A stretch of DNA of 57,642 bases from Octopus bimaculoides (GCF_001194135.2 NC_068994.1:34542178-34599819); one strand, 5' to 3'. Numbered from the stretch's first letter, positions 12,680-24,795 are shown. Made by a program: numbers and translations. The notes: generated by a model from the sequence alone, not told the origin.

Positions 12680-12905
12680 GTTGTATACAGAAGATGACTT
12701 TTGGGGAAAGAAATGCCAAACATACAAAGAAAGTAGAAGAAACTGACAAAAGAGGAAGACGAAAGAAGAAAACAGGGAAAATGTGATGAAAGCTCATCTC
12801 AAGAGGCTGAAAATCACCAAGGATATGACGACGGACTATAACAAGTGATAAGAAACTGTGCTGAAGAAGACTCATGCTGCAGCCCAGGAAAATATGGAAA
12901 AGCAG
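12680..12905 (+). pseudogene. Decayed LINE ORF2 C-terminus and start of 3' UTR (RTE-like)
   Basis: KVEETDKRGRRKK / ENVMKAHLKRLKITKDMTTDYNK* resembles RGRP.KTW..V...DL..L.L...M..DR..W. Confidence 0.55.
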
Positions 12906-14284
12906 ACACAAAATAATAATGATGATTATGATGATAATGATGTTATTTCATACACATTCTCTCACACTTTGCATATATTTTCATCTCTTCTTCTTAACCA
13001 TGAGCCTCATCCCATAATGTCGCACAACAGAACCACAACTACTACTATTACTGCTTCTGCTGCTGCTGTTACTACTACAACCACCACCACTACACAATTA
13101 CCACTACCACCACCAACACTGCTAATTTTCAATGATCTTTGTAAATATTTTACAATTCTTCTTCCCCTCAATTGTGCCCTCTCCACTACCTCATTGCAAT
13201 ATATATATATATATATATATATANNNNNNNNNNNNNNNNNNNNNNNNNNNNNNNNNNNNNNNNNNNNNNNNNNNNNNNNNNNNNNNNNNNNNNNNNNNNN
13301 NNNNNNNNNNNNNNNNNNNNNNNNNNNNNNNNNNNNNNNNNNNNNNNNNNNNNNNNNNNNNNNNNNNNNNNNNNNNNNNNNNNNNNNNNNNNNNNNNNNN
13401 NNNNNNNNNNNNNNNNNNNNNNNNNNNNNNNNNNNNNNNNNNNNNNNNNNNNNNNNNNNNNNNNNNNNNNNNNNNNNNNNNNNNNNNNNNNNNNNNNNNN
13501 NNNNNNNNNNNNNNNNNNNNNNNNNNNNNNNNNNNNNNNNNNNNNNNNNNNNNNNNNNNNNNNNNNNNNNNAGAGAGAGAGAGAGAGAGATTCTCTCTTC
13601 TTCTGCCATGGCTGGTCTGTCTCACCCCCCCCCCTTCTCTCTCTCTCTCCCCTTGCTCTTCTTTTCCCTCCTTTCTCTCCCAATTTTCAATTTCCCCAAC
13701 TTGACTCCCACTTAGATATTTCCTACCACGCCACCTACCACTTAACCAAACATCCATAGTTCCATCACTTTTAGCTATTTTATTTTTCAACCCTCTTTTT
13801 ATTTTGGTTCCCATGTTTCAACCCTCTGCCCTATCCCCAACCCAATCTACTTTCACAATTACTACAAATCTCATGTACCAACACCAACCAAGTACCCTGT
13901 CCTCCCCTCCGCCAGCCACCTACTCATTATTCCTTATATCTCTGATGGAGGTGCATGTGTGTGTGATGGGGTAGGTGCTTTTTTTCTCTTGTAACTACAA
14001 AAGAAACACCCACAATTTCTTTTTTTTCCCTTTTTTCTTATGTGTGTGTGTGTGTGAATAACAGAACCACAACTAGAAGTTTACAACAAAAACAGAACTA
14101 CAAAACTAAGAACAGAAACATAGCCACAACAACATTAACAAAAATTAAAACCTCCAACAACAAGAACAGCAACATCAACAAAAATAATTTAAAAAAAAGT
14201 AATTATATAAATACAACCACATTATGATGGAAAAAGCAGAAAATCTAGCATTATTTTGAAACTGCTAACTTGATTAAAGCTACT

Positions 14285-15359
14285 GCTGGTGATAGTTGGG
14301 GTGGTAGTGTAGTGGCAGTGGTTGTGTGATGGTGGTTGTGGTAGTAGTGTGGTGGTAATGTTGTTGTGGTGGTGGCAGTCTGGCTCTAGGGAGTGTGGTG
14401 TTAGTGGTGCAGTAATGGATTGGTGTTGTAGTGATAGTGCTGTGTTCATTGTGGTAGTAGTGGTCGTAGTGTAATGATGGTAGTGGTATGACAGTGGTAG
14501 TGGTGATGGTGGTAGTGTATAATGGTGGTGACATGACAGTGGTAGTGGTGTGGTAGTAGTGTAGATTGTGGTGGTGGTAGTGTATAATAGTGGCAGTATG
14601 ACAGTGGTAGTTGTGATAGGGGTGTGGTAGTGGTGACAGTGGTGCTGTTATTGATGGTAGTCATGGTAATAGTGGCAGGGGCTGTGGTATAGGTGGTAGT
14701 TCTGCGATAGCAGTGTTGTTGTTGGTAGTGGTGATTGTGATGGTGGTATAAGTGGTGGTGGCAATGGTAGAGTTGGTGGTATAGGTGGAGTTGCTGAGGG
14801 TGATGATGATGATGATGGTGGTGTGGGAAGTGGTGGGGGTTGATAGCAGTAGCTGTGGTGGTGGAGGTGATAATCTCAGTACTAACACCTATTTTACCAC
14901 CACCACTACCCTTCTATTACCATATCAACAGCTTTCTGACCACCACCAGAACAACCACCACTTCAAACTTCCAACTCTACTCTTGACCCCCCACCACCAA
15001 CAGCCACCCTAACCTACATCAGTGCATCTACTGTGACAGTCACTGCCAATCGCTAATATTACTACCACTAACAGCCACCACCTCTACTACAATTTTGACT
15101 ACTAACCAGCACCACAACTCCTATCAACACTAGCTACTACCACCACCTTTACTACTACTATTAGCAACCACTTCCAACACTACTCCTACTCACCTCCACT
15201 ACTACCTCCACTTCTACTAGTAGCCACCACCACTACAACTACTACTACAACAAACCATCACTACCACTACAGTTCTATGAGCCACCACCACTACTACTTA
15301 CTATACTACTATCCACCAGCGCCACCACTGACACTACTACTACTACCACCACCACCACC

Positions 15360-15397
<38 letters not shown>

Positions 15398-15535
15398 CAC
15401 CAACAACAACAATTACTATTACTACTATTCCAACTCTAATCAACACCAATATTATTATCAATACAACTACAACCTTATCCAAAGGAACACCACCACCATC
15501 ACCACCACCAACAACAACAACAGCAATATGTCTTA
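14285..15535. repeat. Low-complexity trinucleotide block: (GGT/AGT)-rich half followed by (ACC/ACT)-rich half
   Basis: Direct reading. Composition flips near 14880. Confidence 0.9.
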
Positions 15536-15948
15536 AGCAAGAACAACAAAAATGATTGCTTTTCTTTCTTTCATTCTGGTCCCACTATCCCCTTATCCCA
15601 ACCAACCCCTACCTCATTCTATACTCTATTCTGTCCAATCCATTTTACTCATCCACAAGATCTTGAAACTAAGAATGCTCTCCATTCAAAGGAATAGTTT
15701 TTTTGTTGTTGTTGTTTTTTGTTTTATTACGTATGGTTTTTATTGTTTTTGGTTTGTTTTATGCCTTTTTATTTGTTTGATTTTGGGGGGATTTTTGTTG
15801 CTTCTTCAATGGCAATTTAGTACTCTCTCAGTGGTTGTTGACAAAACATTCTGATTGGATGACTTTCAACACCAACAGAAGCTTCTAGATCTATTCTATA
15901 TCAGAATGGTATTTTCTTAAGCCTTGCTCTTTTTTTTTTTTAAATATA

Positions 15949-16005
<57 letters not shown>

Positions 16006-16379
16006 ATTATTATTATTATTGTTATGGCTTTTTGTTTAGTTTGGTTTGTGATTCTCCAGCTGACTGAGCATGGAGGAATCCTATTCAAAGTCATGAATTG
16101 ATCTTGTTCTTTCTGAACCTTTATTCCATCTTTCAAACAATCCAAATCCAGGAAAAACAAACAAATAAAAAAAATTAAATAAATAAATAGAAATAAAACA
16201 AAATAAATAAATTAGCAAATTAGAAGAAGGGAGGAAGGGAGAAATAATTTTTACACATTTAGCCGACATACTTTGTTTGGGCCAAGTTGAACATGAGTAT
16301 AACAGTATAATTGGCTGAGATAGAAAGAGAATGTGGGTAGATACCATGAGTTCACTATGGTTGTATATGTGTGTATATA

Positions 16380-16420
<41 letters not shown>

Positions 16421-18019
16421 GCATGTGTGTATTATGTGCGTGTTTGTTGGAACAAGGAATCCACATCACATTCTAACTCACAAGAATGGAAACAGATTTA
16501 TAAAGCTGTACATTAAATCAACAATAAAGATATACGTATATACACATATATTTATACACACACATAAATATTTATCTATTTGCCCATTAATGTATTTCTC
16601 TATATACCCATTCACACACACACACTCGCATTTATATCATCACCACCATCATCATCATTGATTGAGTGTTCACTTTTCTATTCTCGCATGAGTCAGATGA
16701 AATTCCATTACTTCTGTGGCTTGATGCTCTTTCTGATGCCAACCCTTGTCTGTTTCTCGAGTGAGTTAATATATCCCCAAATCTTACATAGATGAACAGC
16801 ACACACTCTCTCTCTCACTAACACACACACATCTTCATTGAGTGCACAAGACTTAAAGTTTCCTATGATTTTATTCCAGCCAGCTGGTGCAATGGCATGG
16901 AGAATAATCAGCTGAAGTACTTGGGCAGTTGCTTAAAGAATTCCAAAACTTACCCCCATGCTTTTCCAGAATCCAATGATCTATTTTACTCCTTCTACTT
17001 TTGATGACAGGAATAAGGATTTGAACTCAGTATGTCCATATCCAAAACAGATCTTTAATCTTTGACTTATTTCAGTTATTTTACTGCAGTCATGCCTTGA
17101 AGAATTTGGTCCAGTGCCAAACAAATTTACTCCAGTACTTTTTCATTTTTAAAGCCTGGTACTTATTTTATCAGTCTCTTTTGCTGAACTGCTAAGTTAT
17201 GGGTATGTAAACAAACTCACACTGATTCTCAAGCTGTGGTGGAAACATATGCATATGCACAAATATATACATACAAACATGCACACACATATCTTTTATC
17301 TTTTACTTCTTGGAAACAATAGGTTGCTCTGAAGTTGAGAGCAATGTCCATGTGTTAGAAAGATCAAATGATCTCCTCCATCTTTGTCAAGGGGAGTGCT
17401 ACATATCTCTCCTTTTTTGCAACACATATATACATACACACACTCACAAAGCTTTGATTGGTCCAAGGTTGTTAAAGAATACACTTGCCCAAAGTGTCAT
17501 GAAGTTGAACTGAATCCAAAACTACAGGGCTGTGAAGCTAGCTCCTTCACGACTCCAGCCACCACAATTCATATTATTCAGCATGCTAACATTCAGCATA
17601 CTAATCTACCATACTGGACTAGCACTTTATTTACCAAGCCCTAAAGGATGAAAGTCACAAGAGAGTAGATGAAAGTACATCATTGATAAGGTTGCAGGCT
17701 TTGATAAAAGGACTATGACAAACCAATTGATTGGTTGATTAATCAATGGATCACATCTTTAGTTAACAATCAAATTGATAAGAAGAAATGAGATATGACT
17801 GGTGCAAATGTTTTAATTATGTGCATCTGTTTCAAGATACAATTTTATATTTAAACAGATGTTTGCTTCCCAATCACTTTGTCTCAGGTTCAGTCTCACT
17901 GCATGATAACTAAGATAAGTGTTTTCTAATTTTTAATATAGCCTCTGGCTGACTAAAGCAATGTGGGTTGATTTTAGTGGACAGAAACCAAAAGAAGCCT
18001 ATTGTGTGCATGGGGTATA

Positions 18020-18655
18020 CTCTTTATGTTGCATGTCTCGTTTCTCTGTTTGTTTTTTCCGTTGTTCACAAAAAAAGTTTGTTTTCTATGTTTTGTTTTT
18101 ACGTTTTCGTTTCTCATCATGTTCAACGTTTTTTTGATGTCCTGTACCTATATATGCATGTATATATATGTATGGATATATGCATATATATGTATGGATA
18201 TATGCATATATTTATATATTATTTATATTATTATATGATCGAACACCACGCATCTTTTCTAAGTAAGTTTTATCTTAATATTACAATGCACACTCTTCTA
18301 CTAGTTCTTCTCTGTCTATATCTCTCCCTCTCTTGTTCTTCATCCTTTCTGTTTTTCTCTCCCACCCTTTTCCTATTCTTCTCTCCCTTTCACCGTCCCC
18401 CCTCTCTCTCTCACTCTTCCTCCTTGACTCTCTCGTCGCTGACACGTGATGAAACGGGATCTCTCTTTCTGTCCACTGCCTTTCTAAAGAAAAGACGTAC
18501 CTTTTTCTGTCGCTTCTCTCATAGTTCGGCTACTTGCATTCATAATCATTTTTCCATCGTCTTGGCTCAACAGCCCTCACCGTTTGTTTTTACTGTCTTG
18601 TTCTCATTGTCCTATTCTTGTTAACACTTTCACCCTCCGCAAAAAATCCCAAATT
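18020..18655 (+). repeat. Second copy of the 3480-3955 repeat family, with a CT-rich insert
   Basis: Shared blocks at 18022-18060, 18125-18240 and 18600-18655. Ends at a gap. Confidence 0.7.
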
Positions 18656-19012
18656 NNNNNNNNNNNNNNNNNNNNNNNNNNNNNNNNNNNNNNNNNNNNN
18701 NNNNNNNNNNNNNNNNNNNNNNNNNNNNNNNNNNNNNNNNNNNNNNNNNNNNNNNNNNNNNNNNNNNNNNNNNNNNNNNNNNNNNNNNNNNNNNNNNNNN
18801 NNNNNNNNNNNNNNNNNNNNNNNNNNNNNNNNNNNNNNNNNNNNNNNNNNNNNNNNNNNNNNNNNNNNNNNNNNNNNNNNNNNNNNNNNNNNNNNNNNNN
18901 NNNNNNNNNNNNNNNNNNNNNNNNNNNNNNNNNNNNNNNNNNNNNNNNNNNNNNNNNNNNNNNNNNNNNNNNNNNNNNNNNNNNNNNNNNNNNNNNNNNN
19001 NNNNNNNNNNNN

Positions 19013-19045
<33 letters not shown>

Positions 19046-20225
19046 CATGTTATATGGGTGTATGCACTTGCATGTATTTATGTATGTGTGTGGTTGTGTA
19101 TTCTTGTCTTAACATCATATGATATATATATAGGTGTATAAAGGTTGAATGTGGATTCGTCCTTTAATTTGAATGTTTCCAAAAAAGATTTCTAATATTG
19201 ATTCTTCATACTTTGCTGAGAGTTTACAGGCATAAATTTGTGAAGATATGAAAGTAACACTTGTATAGAATATATGGTGAATTTGTGGAGTAAAGTCCCA
19301 TAAAACTCAATCAATTTATTTTAAAATGGAGGAGACAAGCTGTTAAAATATATAAGTATATTCCTGCAGACGATCGTTTCGTACAGAGATATAATAATAA
19401 TAATGTAAATTAATGATTGAATTAAATTAAATTAATTTCATATCAACGTACTCTTCAGTGCAGGAAGTAAAAACCATAATACAAAGAACTTGAGAATGAA
19501 TATAGCAGAAAAATTGAATCTAGGAGATTCATATTTTTATCCATGTGAGAAAGAGATGTGAGTCATGTCGGATATATAACCATAACTAACGGCTACAAAA
19601 GATATTTGAAGATATAAGTAAAGAGGTATCTATAGATGAGTATGGAAAATAGAGATTTAAACTCCAAATAAGTAGCGTAGGGAAAATATGTATTAGAGAT
19701 GTCCAATGGAATGACACTCCTAGGTTTGAATTAAAAGATGAACTAACCTTTGAAATCATTACATAGTATAATGTATTTTAAAAATAAAGAAATTTCTATG
19801 CATAAAAATAAAGTTTAACGTGAGGAGGTGGTATATAAGATGTCAATACTATATAGTTAACGTAAACAAATGGTAGGAAAAATAGAGGGATAAGAATGAG
19901 TTGAAGATAGAATATGATGTATATAAAGGACTCATGTTTGCATAAGAAATCATATTAGGTTATATGTATTAATGATAAAGCAGAAATAAGTAAGTAAAAA
20001 CAGAAAGACAGTTGTCAATATTACAATTAAAATAGTGTATGTACTTGCTGTGTCTATAAAGATAAAAAAGTTAAATTGCAATTGGAAATCAAGATAGGTA
20101 TACTTTAAAAAATAAATAAATAAATGTTGGGGAAATAAATGAGCAGAGGAAGAGAAGGGCAAACAAATAAATAAAGCTAAGGATATTGATGTGTAGGTGT
20201 GTTTTAGTATATACTATATTTATAT

Positions 20226-20279
20226 ATTAGAAATGATACATTTCTAAATCTCTCAGAGAGACTTAAGAAGTAGTGATAC
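20226..20279 (+). repeat. 54-bp direct repeat, copy 1 (copy 2 at 20576-20629)
   Basis: attagaaatgatacatttctaaatctctcagagagacttaag(a/c)agtagtgatac, 1 mismatch in 54. Contains palindromes ttagaaatg-ata-catttctaa and tctctc-a-gagaga. Confidence 0.95.
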
Positions 20280-20449
20280 AATAAAGTAGTTGTATGCTGT
20301 CAACTTAATGTGACAGTCACATGAAGGGGATCATACTACTGCTATTTAGCCCTAGGAAGCTGCACTGCTTCCTGTCAGCCTTGACACATTTCCTGAGTCC
20401 TTATGTTTACGAGGGGGAGACAAGCACTTCCACCCAGCCAAGCCTGCAT

Positions 20450-20490
20450 CCAGGGACGTGTTTCTTAGTTTTTGCTCGTCATCAGCCTGG
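20450..20490 (-). ncRNA. Minimal type I hammerhead ribozyme motif (degenerate copy)
   Basis: Minus strand CCAGG-CTGATGA-CGAG-CAAAAA-CTAA-GAAA-C-AC-GT-C-CCTGG. Core is intact, stem II has mismatches, and the stem III hexamer ACACGT is not palindromic. Confidence 0.65.
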
Positions 20491-20652
20491 AGAGCATGAC
20501 TTGCTGGCTGAAGATGCCTGTCAAGCTCTCGTACACATATAATAATTCTAGTGAAACACATTTACTGATTTCAAAATTAGAAATGATACATTTCTAAATC
20601 TCTCAGAGAGACTTAAGCAGTAGTGATACTTCAGCCAGCAAGTCATGCTACG

Positions 20653-20693
20653 CCAGGCTGAAGACGAGCAAAAACTCAGAAACATGTCCCTGG
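20653..20693 (+). ncRNA. Minimal type I hammerhead ribozyme motif
   Basis: CCAGG (stem I) CTGAAGA (CUGANGA core) CGAG-CAAAAA-CTCA (stem II, C.A at the base) GAAA C-AT-GT C (GUC triplet, palindromic ACATGT stem III) CCTGG (stem I). Predicted cleavage after 20688. Confidence 0.75.
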
Positions 20694-20961
20694 GTGCAGG
20701 CTTGGCAGGGTAGAGGTGCTCGTCTCCCCCTCGCAAACATAAGGACACAAGAAATGTGAGTCAAATAAATAAACTCCCAGTACTATTTTTTTAAGCCTAG
20801 TACTTATTCTAACAGTTTCCTTTACTGAACCACTAGATTACAGGACACAAACACACAAAAACCAGTAGTCAAGTGGTTGTGGTTGGGGACAAACACAGAC
20901 ACAAAGACTCGTACACATAGATATACGCACATGCATTCATAAATACATACATATATTTATA

Positions 20962-21838
20962 TAAAATGAGCAGTGAATAAATTGTCATCTAAATTACACA
21001 TAAATGAAAATAACACTGACATCTCATTTTAACAGATATATTTACCAAAATTACATAAAAATACCATGAAATACTAAAAAGTAAATTTAATTTTAAAAAT
21101 CAGCATTGGCTTCAACCATTGGTCTCTAGATGACTTTGGAATCTCTTGCAACTCTTCTGGATGGTCTCCTTGTTTAAGTTGGTGAATGCTGCCATAATCC
21201 TTGTGTTCAGTTCATTTTTGGTGTTACAAGGAATTTTGTTGGTCTTTCGCTCAACTGTGCCCCACACATAATAATCAAGAGGGTTGCAGTCTGGGGAGTT
21301 AGGTGGCCAGATGTTAGAGGTAATGTAGTTTCAGAAATTGTCTGACAGACATGACTGGATTCCCCTGCATGTGTGGCATGGTGCAGAGTCTTGTTGCTAG
21401 ATATAGGGTCTTCCAGCAGTCACTTTCTTGATCCAGGGCATCACTACCACCTCCAGGCACTTGATGTAGGCCTCTGTGTTGAGTGTGAGGCTGTGTGGGA
21501 AGATGAATGGAGGCATGACGTAGCCATCACTCATGATCACTCCAAACACCATGATGTTGACTGGATGTTTGATTTTTATCACTCCCGGTACATGTCCTCA
21601 GATTGACACCCAAACACTCTGAAATGTTCGTATTGGAGCTTCCAGTGTGAATGCCAGGTAGTACAGCATGTAGTTTCCAAATTTCTGGCAGAGTGACTCA
21701 CATAATGGTGCTGTATTTCTCACAGACAGTGCTCAACTAACTCTACTATACAGTGTAATTGACAAAATCAAAAACAAATAAGGTGCATGCGGGAAATTAA
21801 AAATATACAATGGTGACAATTTACCCATTGCACCCTTT
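20962..21838 (-). mobile_element. Internally deleted Tc1/mariner DD37D (maT) transposon
   Basis: Minus translation KHPVNIMVFGV...RPYI*QQDSAPCHT...WPPNSPDCNPLDYYVWG with 37 residues between the two Asp. An N-terminal piece (PEIWKLHAVLPGIHTGSSNTNISECLGVNLRT) is fused directly to the catalytic region. Degenerate TIRs (23/30 match) at ~20960-20989 and ~21811-21840 with TA flanks. Confidence 0.9.
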
Positions 21839-21942
21839 ATATNNNNNNNNNNNNNNNNNNNNNNNNNNNNNNNNNNNNNNNNNNNNNNNNNNNNNNNNNN
21901 NNNNNNNNNNNNNNNNNNNNNNNNNNNNNNNNNNNNNNNNNN

Positions 21943-22216
21943 ACCTCTGGTAATGGACGCCATGTTTATCACGTGACTTTTCAGTATTAATTATCGCAGC
22001 ATTATTTACGTAATATAGAATTTTCGTATGTATATAGTTATTACTCTGCCTTAATTTGCAAGTTTAAGTATTTTAGTATTTTTAATCCTCAAGAATCTTT
22101 TTATTTTAGGTAGATTTTCTTTTTCGATATTTTCGCTATTATTTTAGAAATTATAATGTGCATGTACTTCTGGGTAATAGACGCCATATTTATCACGTGA
22201 CCTTTTAGTATAAATT
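21943..22216 (+). repeat. ~50-bp direct repeat pair (period ~223) carrying CGCCATNTT and TCACGTGAC motifs
   Basis: acctctggtaatggacgccatgtttatcacgtgacttttcagta versus acttctgggtaatagacgccatatttatcacgtgaccttttagta. Confidence 0.8.
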
Positions 22217-23006
22217 CCTTAACACAGCCATTTTTGATTTAGTCTCCAGTTACCCATGGCTGTCATGTTTTCTTATTTTAATTTTATAAACAATATTGAC
22301 ATCAGTCTTTTAGTAACTTTATACACATTTTTTTACTATCATCTACTTATTCCATAATGTTTTAACCTTGTTTACTATAATACCCTTTTTCAATATTTTT
22401 AGATTCTAACTCTTAATAATTATATTAATACCGTTAATGTAGGGATTAGTTTACAGATTTTGTCTCTTTATATATATTTTTTTATTTCTCGTGGTTATGT
22501 TTATTCCTTGAATGATTTAGGTATTTTCTTAGGGATTTGATCGGAAGAGTGACTGATTTTTGGAGTAAAATTATTTCTCCGTTCTAATGAACTCGGATAG
22601 AATTTGCTTATGATTTTATATAGTCCTATTTCAGCCATGAAACGCGCATTGTCTATATATTAGCACTAACTTTTTACATCTATACTGTATATTATCGTAT
22701 TAATTTTTACTGTCCAATTCATAATTTTAACTTTTAAATTTTTTAAAATTAATATTTATATGATTTATTTATGTAATATATTATTTAATTAAAATTTTTA
22801 GATTAAAACCTTAGATATATTAAGATGGTATATGTCTCACAGCATGGATTTGGATGGGTTCTGAATAGACTGAGTTGTAGAGTGGTGGTTCGTCTCTAAA
22901 TTAATAATATATATATATATATATATATATGTGCGTGTGTGTGTGTGTAAATATATATAATATGTACATGTATGTATTTCTCTCTCCCTATACACACATG
23001 CATATA

Positions 23007-23187
23007 CTAGTTGTACGCACTATGATCCGTTGGGTTACAGCCACCCCAAGTTGAAAATGTCGATGCGCAGCGGAAAGGAAAAAATACTATTTCACATTTC
23101 ATGTAATAAAATTCTTGAATAATACAGTTCCCTTGCCTTTGGTCCGACAACATAAACATGACCAGGTGTTTCTTCTTTGAAAACGTT
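23007..23187 (-). mobile_element. Helitron remnant: Rep fragment joined to a CTAG 3' end
   Basis: Minus translation NVFKEETPGHVYVVGPKARELYYSRILLH resembles the Helitron Rep motif GR.YVV.P...ELYYLRLLL. Ends ...gtgcgtacaaCTAG followed by T. 5' part lost in a gap. Confidence 0.65.
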
Positions 23188-24026
23188 NNNNNNNNNNNNN
23201 NNNNNNNNNNNNNNNNNNNNNNNNNNNNNNNNNNNNNNNNNNNNNNNNNNNNNNNNNNNNNNNNNNNNNNNNNNNNNNNNNNNNNNNNNNNNNNNNNNNN
23301 NNNNNNNNNNNNNNNNNNNNNNNNNNNNNNNNNNNNNNNNNNNNNNNNNNNNNNNNNNNNNNNNNNNNNNNNNNNNNNNNNNNNNNNNNNNNNNNNNNNN
23401 NNNNNNNNNNNNNNNNNNNNNNNNNNNNNNNNNNNNNNNNNNNNNNNNNNNNNNNNNNNNNNNNNNNNNNNNNNNNNNNNNNNNNNNNNNNNNNNNNNNN
23501 NNNNNNNNNNNNNNNNNNNNNNNNNNNNNNNNNNNNNNNNNNNNNNNNNNNNNNNNNNNNNNNNNNNNNNNNNNNNNNNNNNNNNNNNNNNNNNNNNNNN
23601 NNNNNNNNNNNNNNNNNNNNNNNNNNNNNNNNNNNNNNNNNNNNNNNNNNNNNNNNNNNNNNNNNNNNNNNNNNNNNNNNNNNNNNNNNNNNNNNNNNNN
23701 NNNNNNNNNNNNNNNNNNNNNNNNNNNNNNNNNNNNNNNNNNNNNNNNNNNNNNNNNNNNNNNNNNNNNNNNNNNNNNNNNNNNNNNNNNNNNNNNNNNN
23801 NNNNNNNNNNNNNNNNNNNNNNNNNNNNNNNNNNNNNNNNNNNNNNNNNNNNNNNNNNNNNNNNNNNNNNNNNNNNNNNNNNNNNNNNNNNNNNNNNNNN
23901 NNNNNNNNNNNNNNNNNNNNNNNNNNNNNNNNNNNNNNNNNNNNNNNNNNNNNNNNNNNNNNNNNNNNNNNNNNNNNNNNNNNNNNNNNNNNNNNNGTAG
24001 AGTGGTGGTTCGTCTCTAAATTAATA

Positions 24027-24068
<42 letters not shown>

Positions 24069-24490
24069 ATGTTTGTGTGTGTACATCTCAGCTCTTATAT
24101 GCTTAGGGTTAGGCAAATCTTACTGTTCTGTAATCAGATGCCCTTCCTGGTGTGAACCCTTTCTTATTTTCAAGGTACTTAATTCTCATCTTTGCCTGTC
24201 GATCCTCCAAACTGCAGGACATTATGTGGAACATTGTCACCTCTGCCCCAGTTGCACCAATGCTAAGTCACAGAGAAAAAACATGTACACACAAACATAC
24301 TTATATACACACACAAGACATTGCAATGAGATTAGAGAGGTTGATTCCCAACTACATGATTACAGGTTCAATCCCACTGCATTGTCTTGGGCATCTCCTG
24401 CTATAGTTCTGAGTCAACCAAAGTGGATTTAGTAGATGGAAGCTGAAATAAGCCTATTTTGTGTGTGTATGTGTATGTACATAACACACA

Positions 24491-24529
<39 letters not shown>

Positions 24530-24589
24530 GCAAGGTGGCAAGTAGGCAGAATTGTTAGCACCTGTAGTCGGACAAATCAATATTAGTTA

Positions 24590-24712
24590 TTTTTGTAAGC
24601 CTAGTACTCTTTTGCTGAACCACTAAGTTATAGGAACGTAAACACACCAACATTAGTTGTCAAGCGATGGTAGGGGGACAACACAGACACACACATACAT
24701 TCATTACATACA

Positions 24713-24795
<83 letters not shown>

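Larger units (their letters stand above)
20381..20764. mobile_element. Fold-back element: ~135-bp inverted arms (20381-20513 and 20629-20764), probably an inverted Penelope-like pLTR or retrozyme remnant
   Basis: Manual alignment of the arms gives 12 substitutions and 2 small indels (about 90% identity). GC-rich against an AT background. Each arm holds a hammerhead motif, and the right arm is followed by aataaataaa. Confidence 0.75.

Noticed and set aside
17968-18624. 218-aa plus-strand ORF, the longest without Ns
   Set aside because: It spans a SINE end, a repeat family and a CT-rich tract. It is low-complexity with no recognisable domain.
19363-19381. Minus-strand GAAACGATCGTC resembling the 3' half of a minimal hammerhead
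   Set aside because: No CUGANGA or matching stem I upstream.
22874-24060. ~70-bp direct repeat at 22874-22945 and 23997-24060
   Set aside because: Copy 2 starts exactly at a gap edge and ends in a microsatellite. Most likely an unmerged contig overlap, and the Helitron piece between them may be misplaced.
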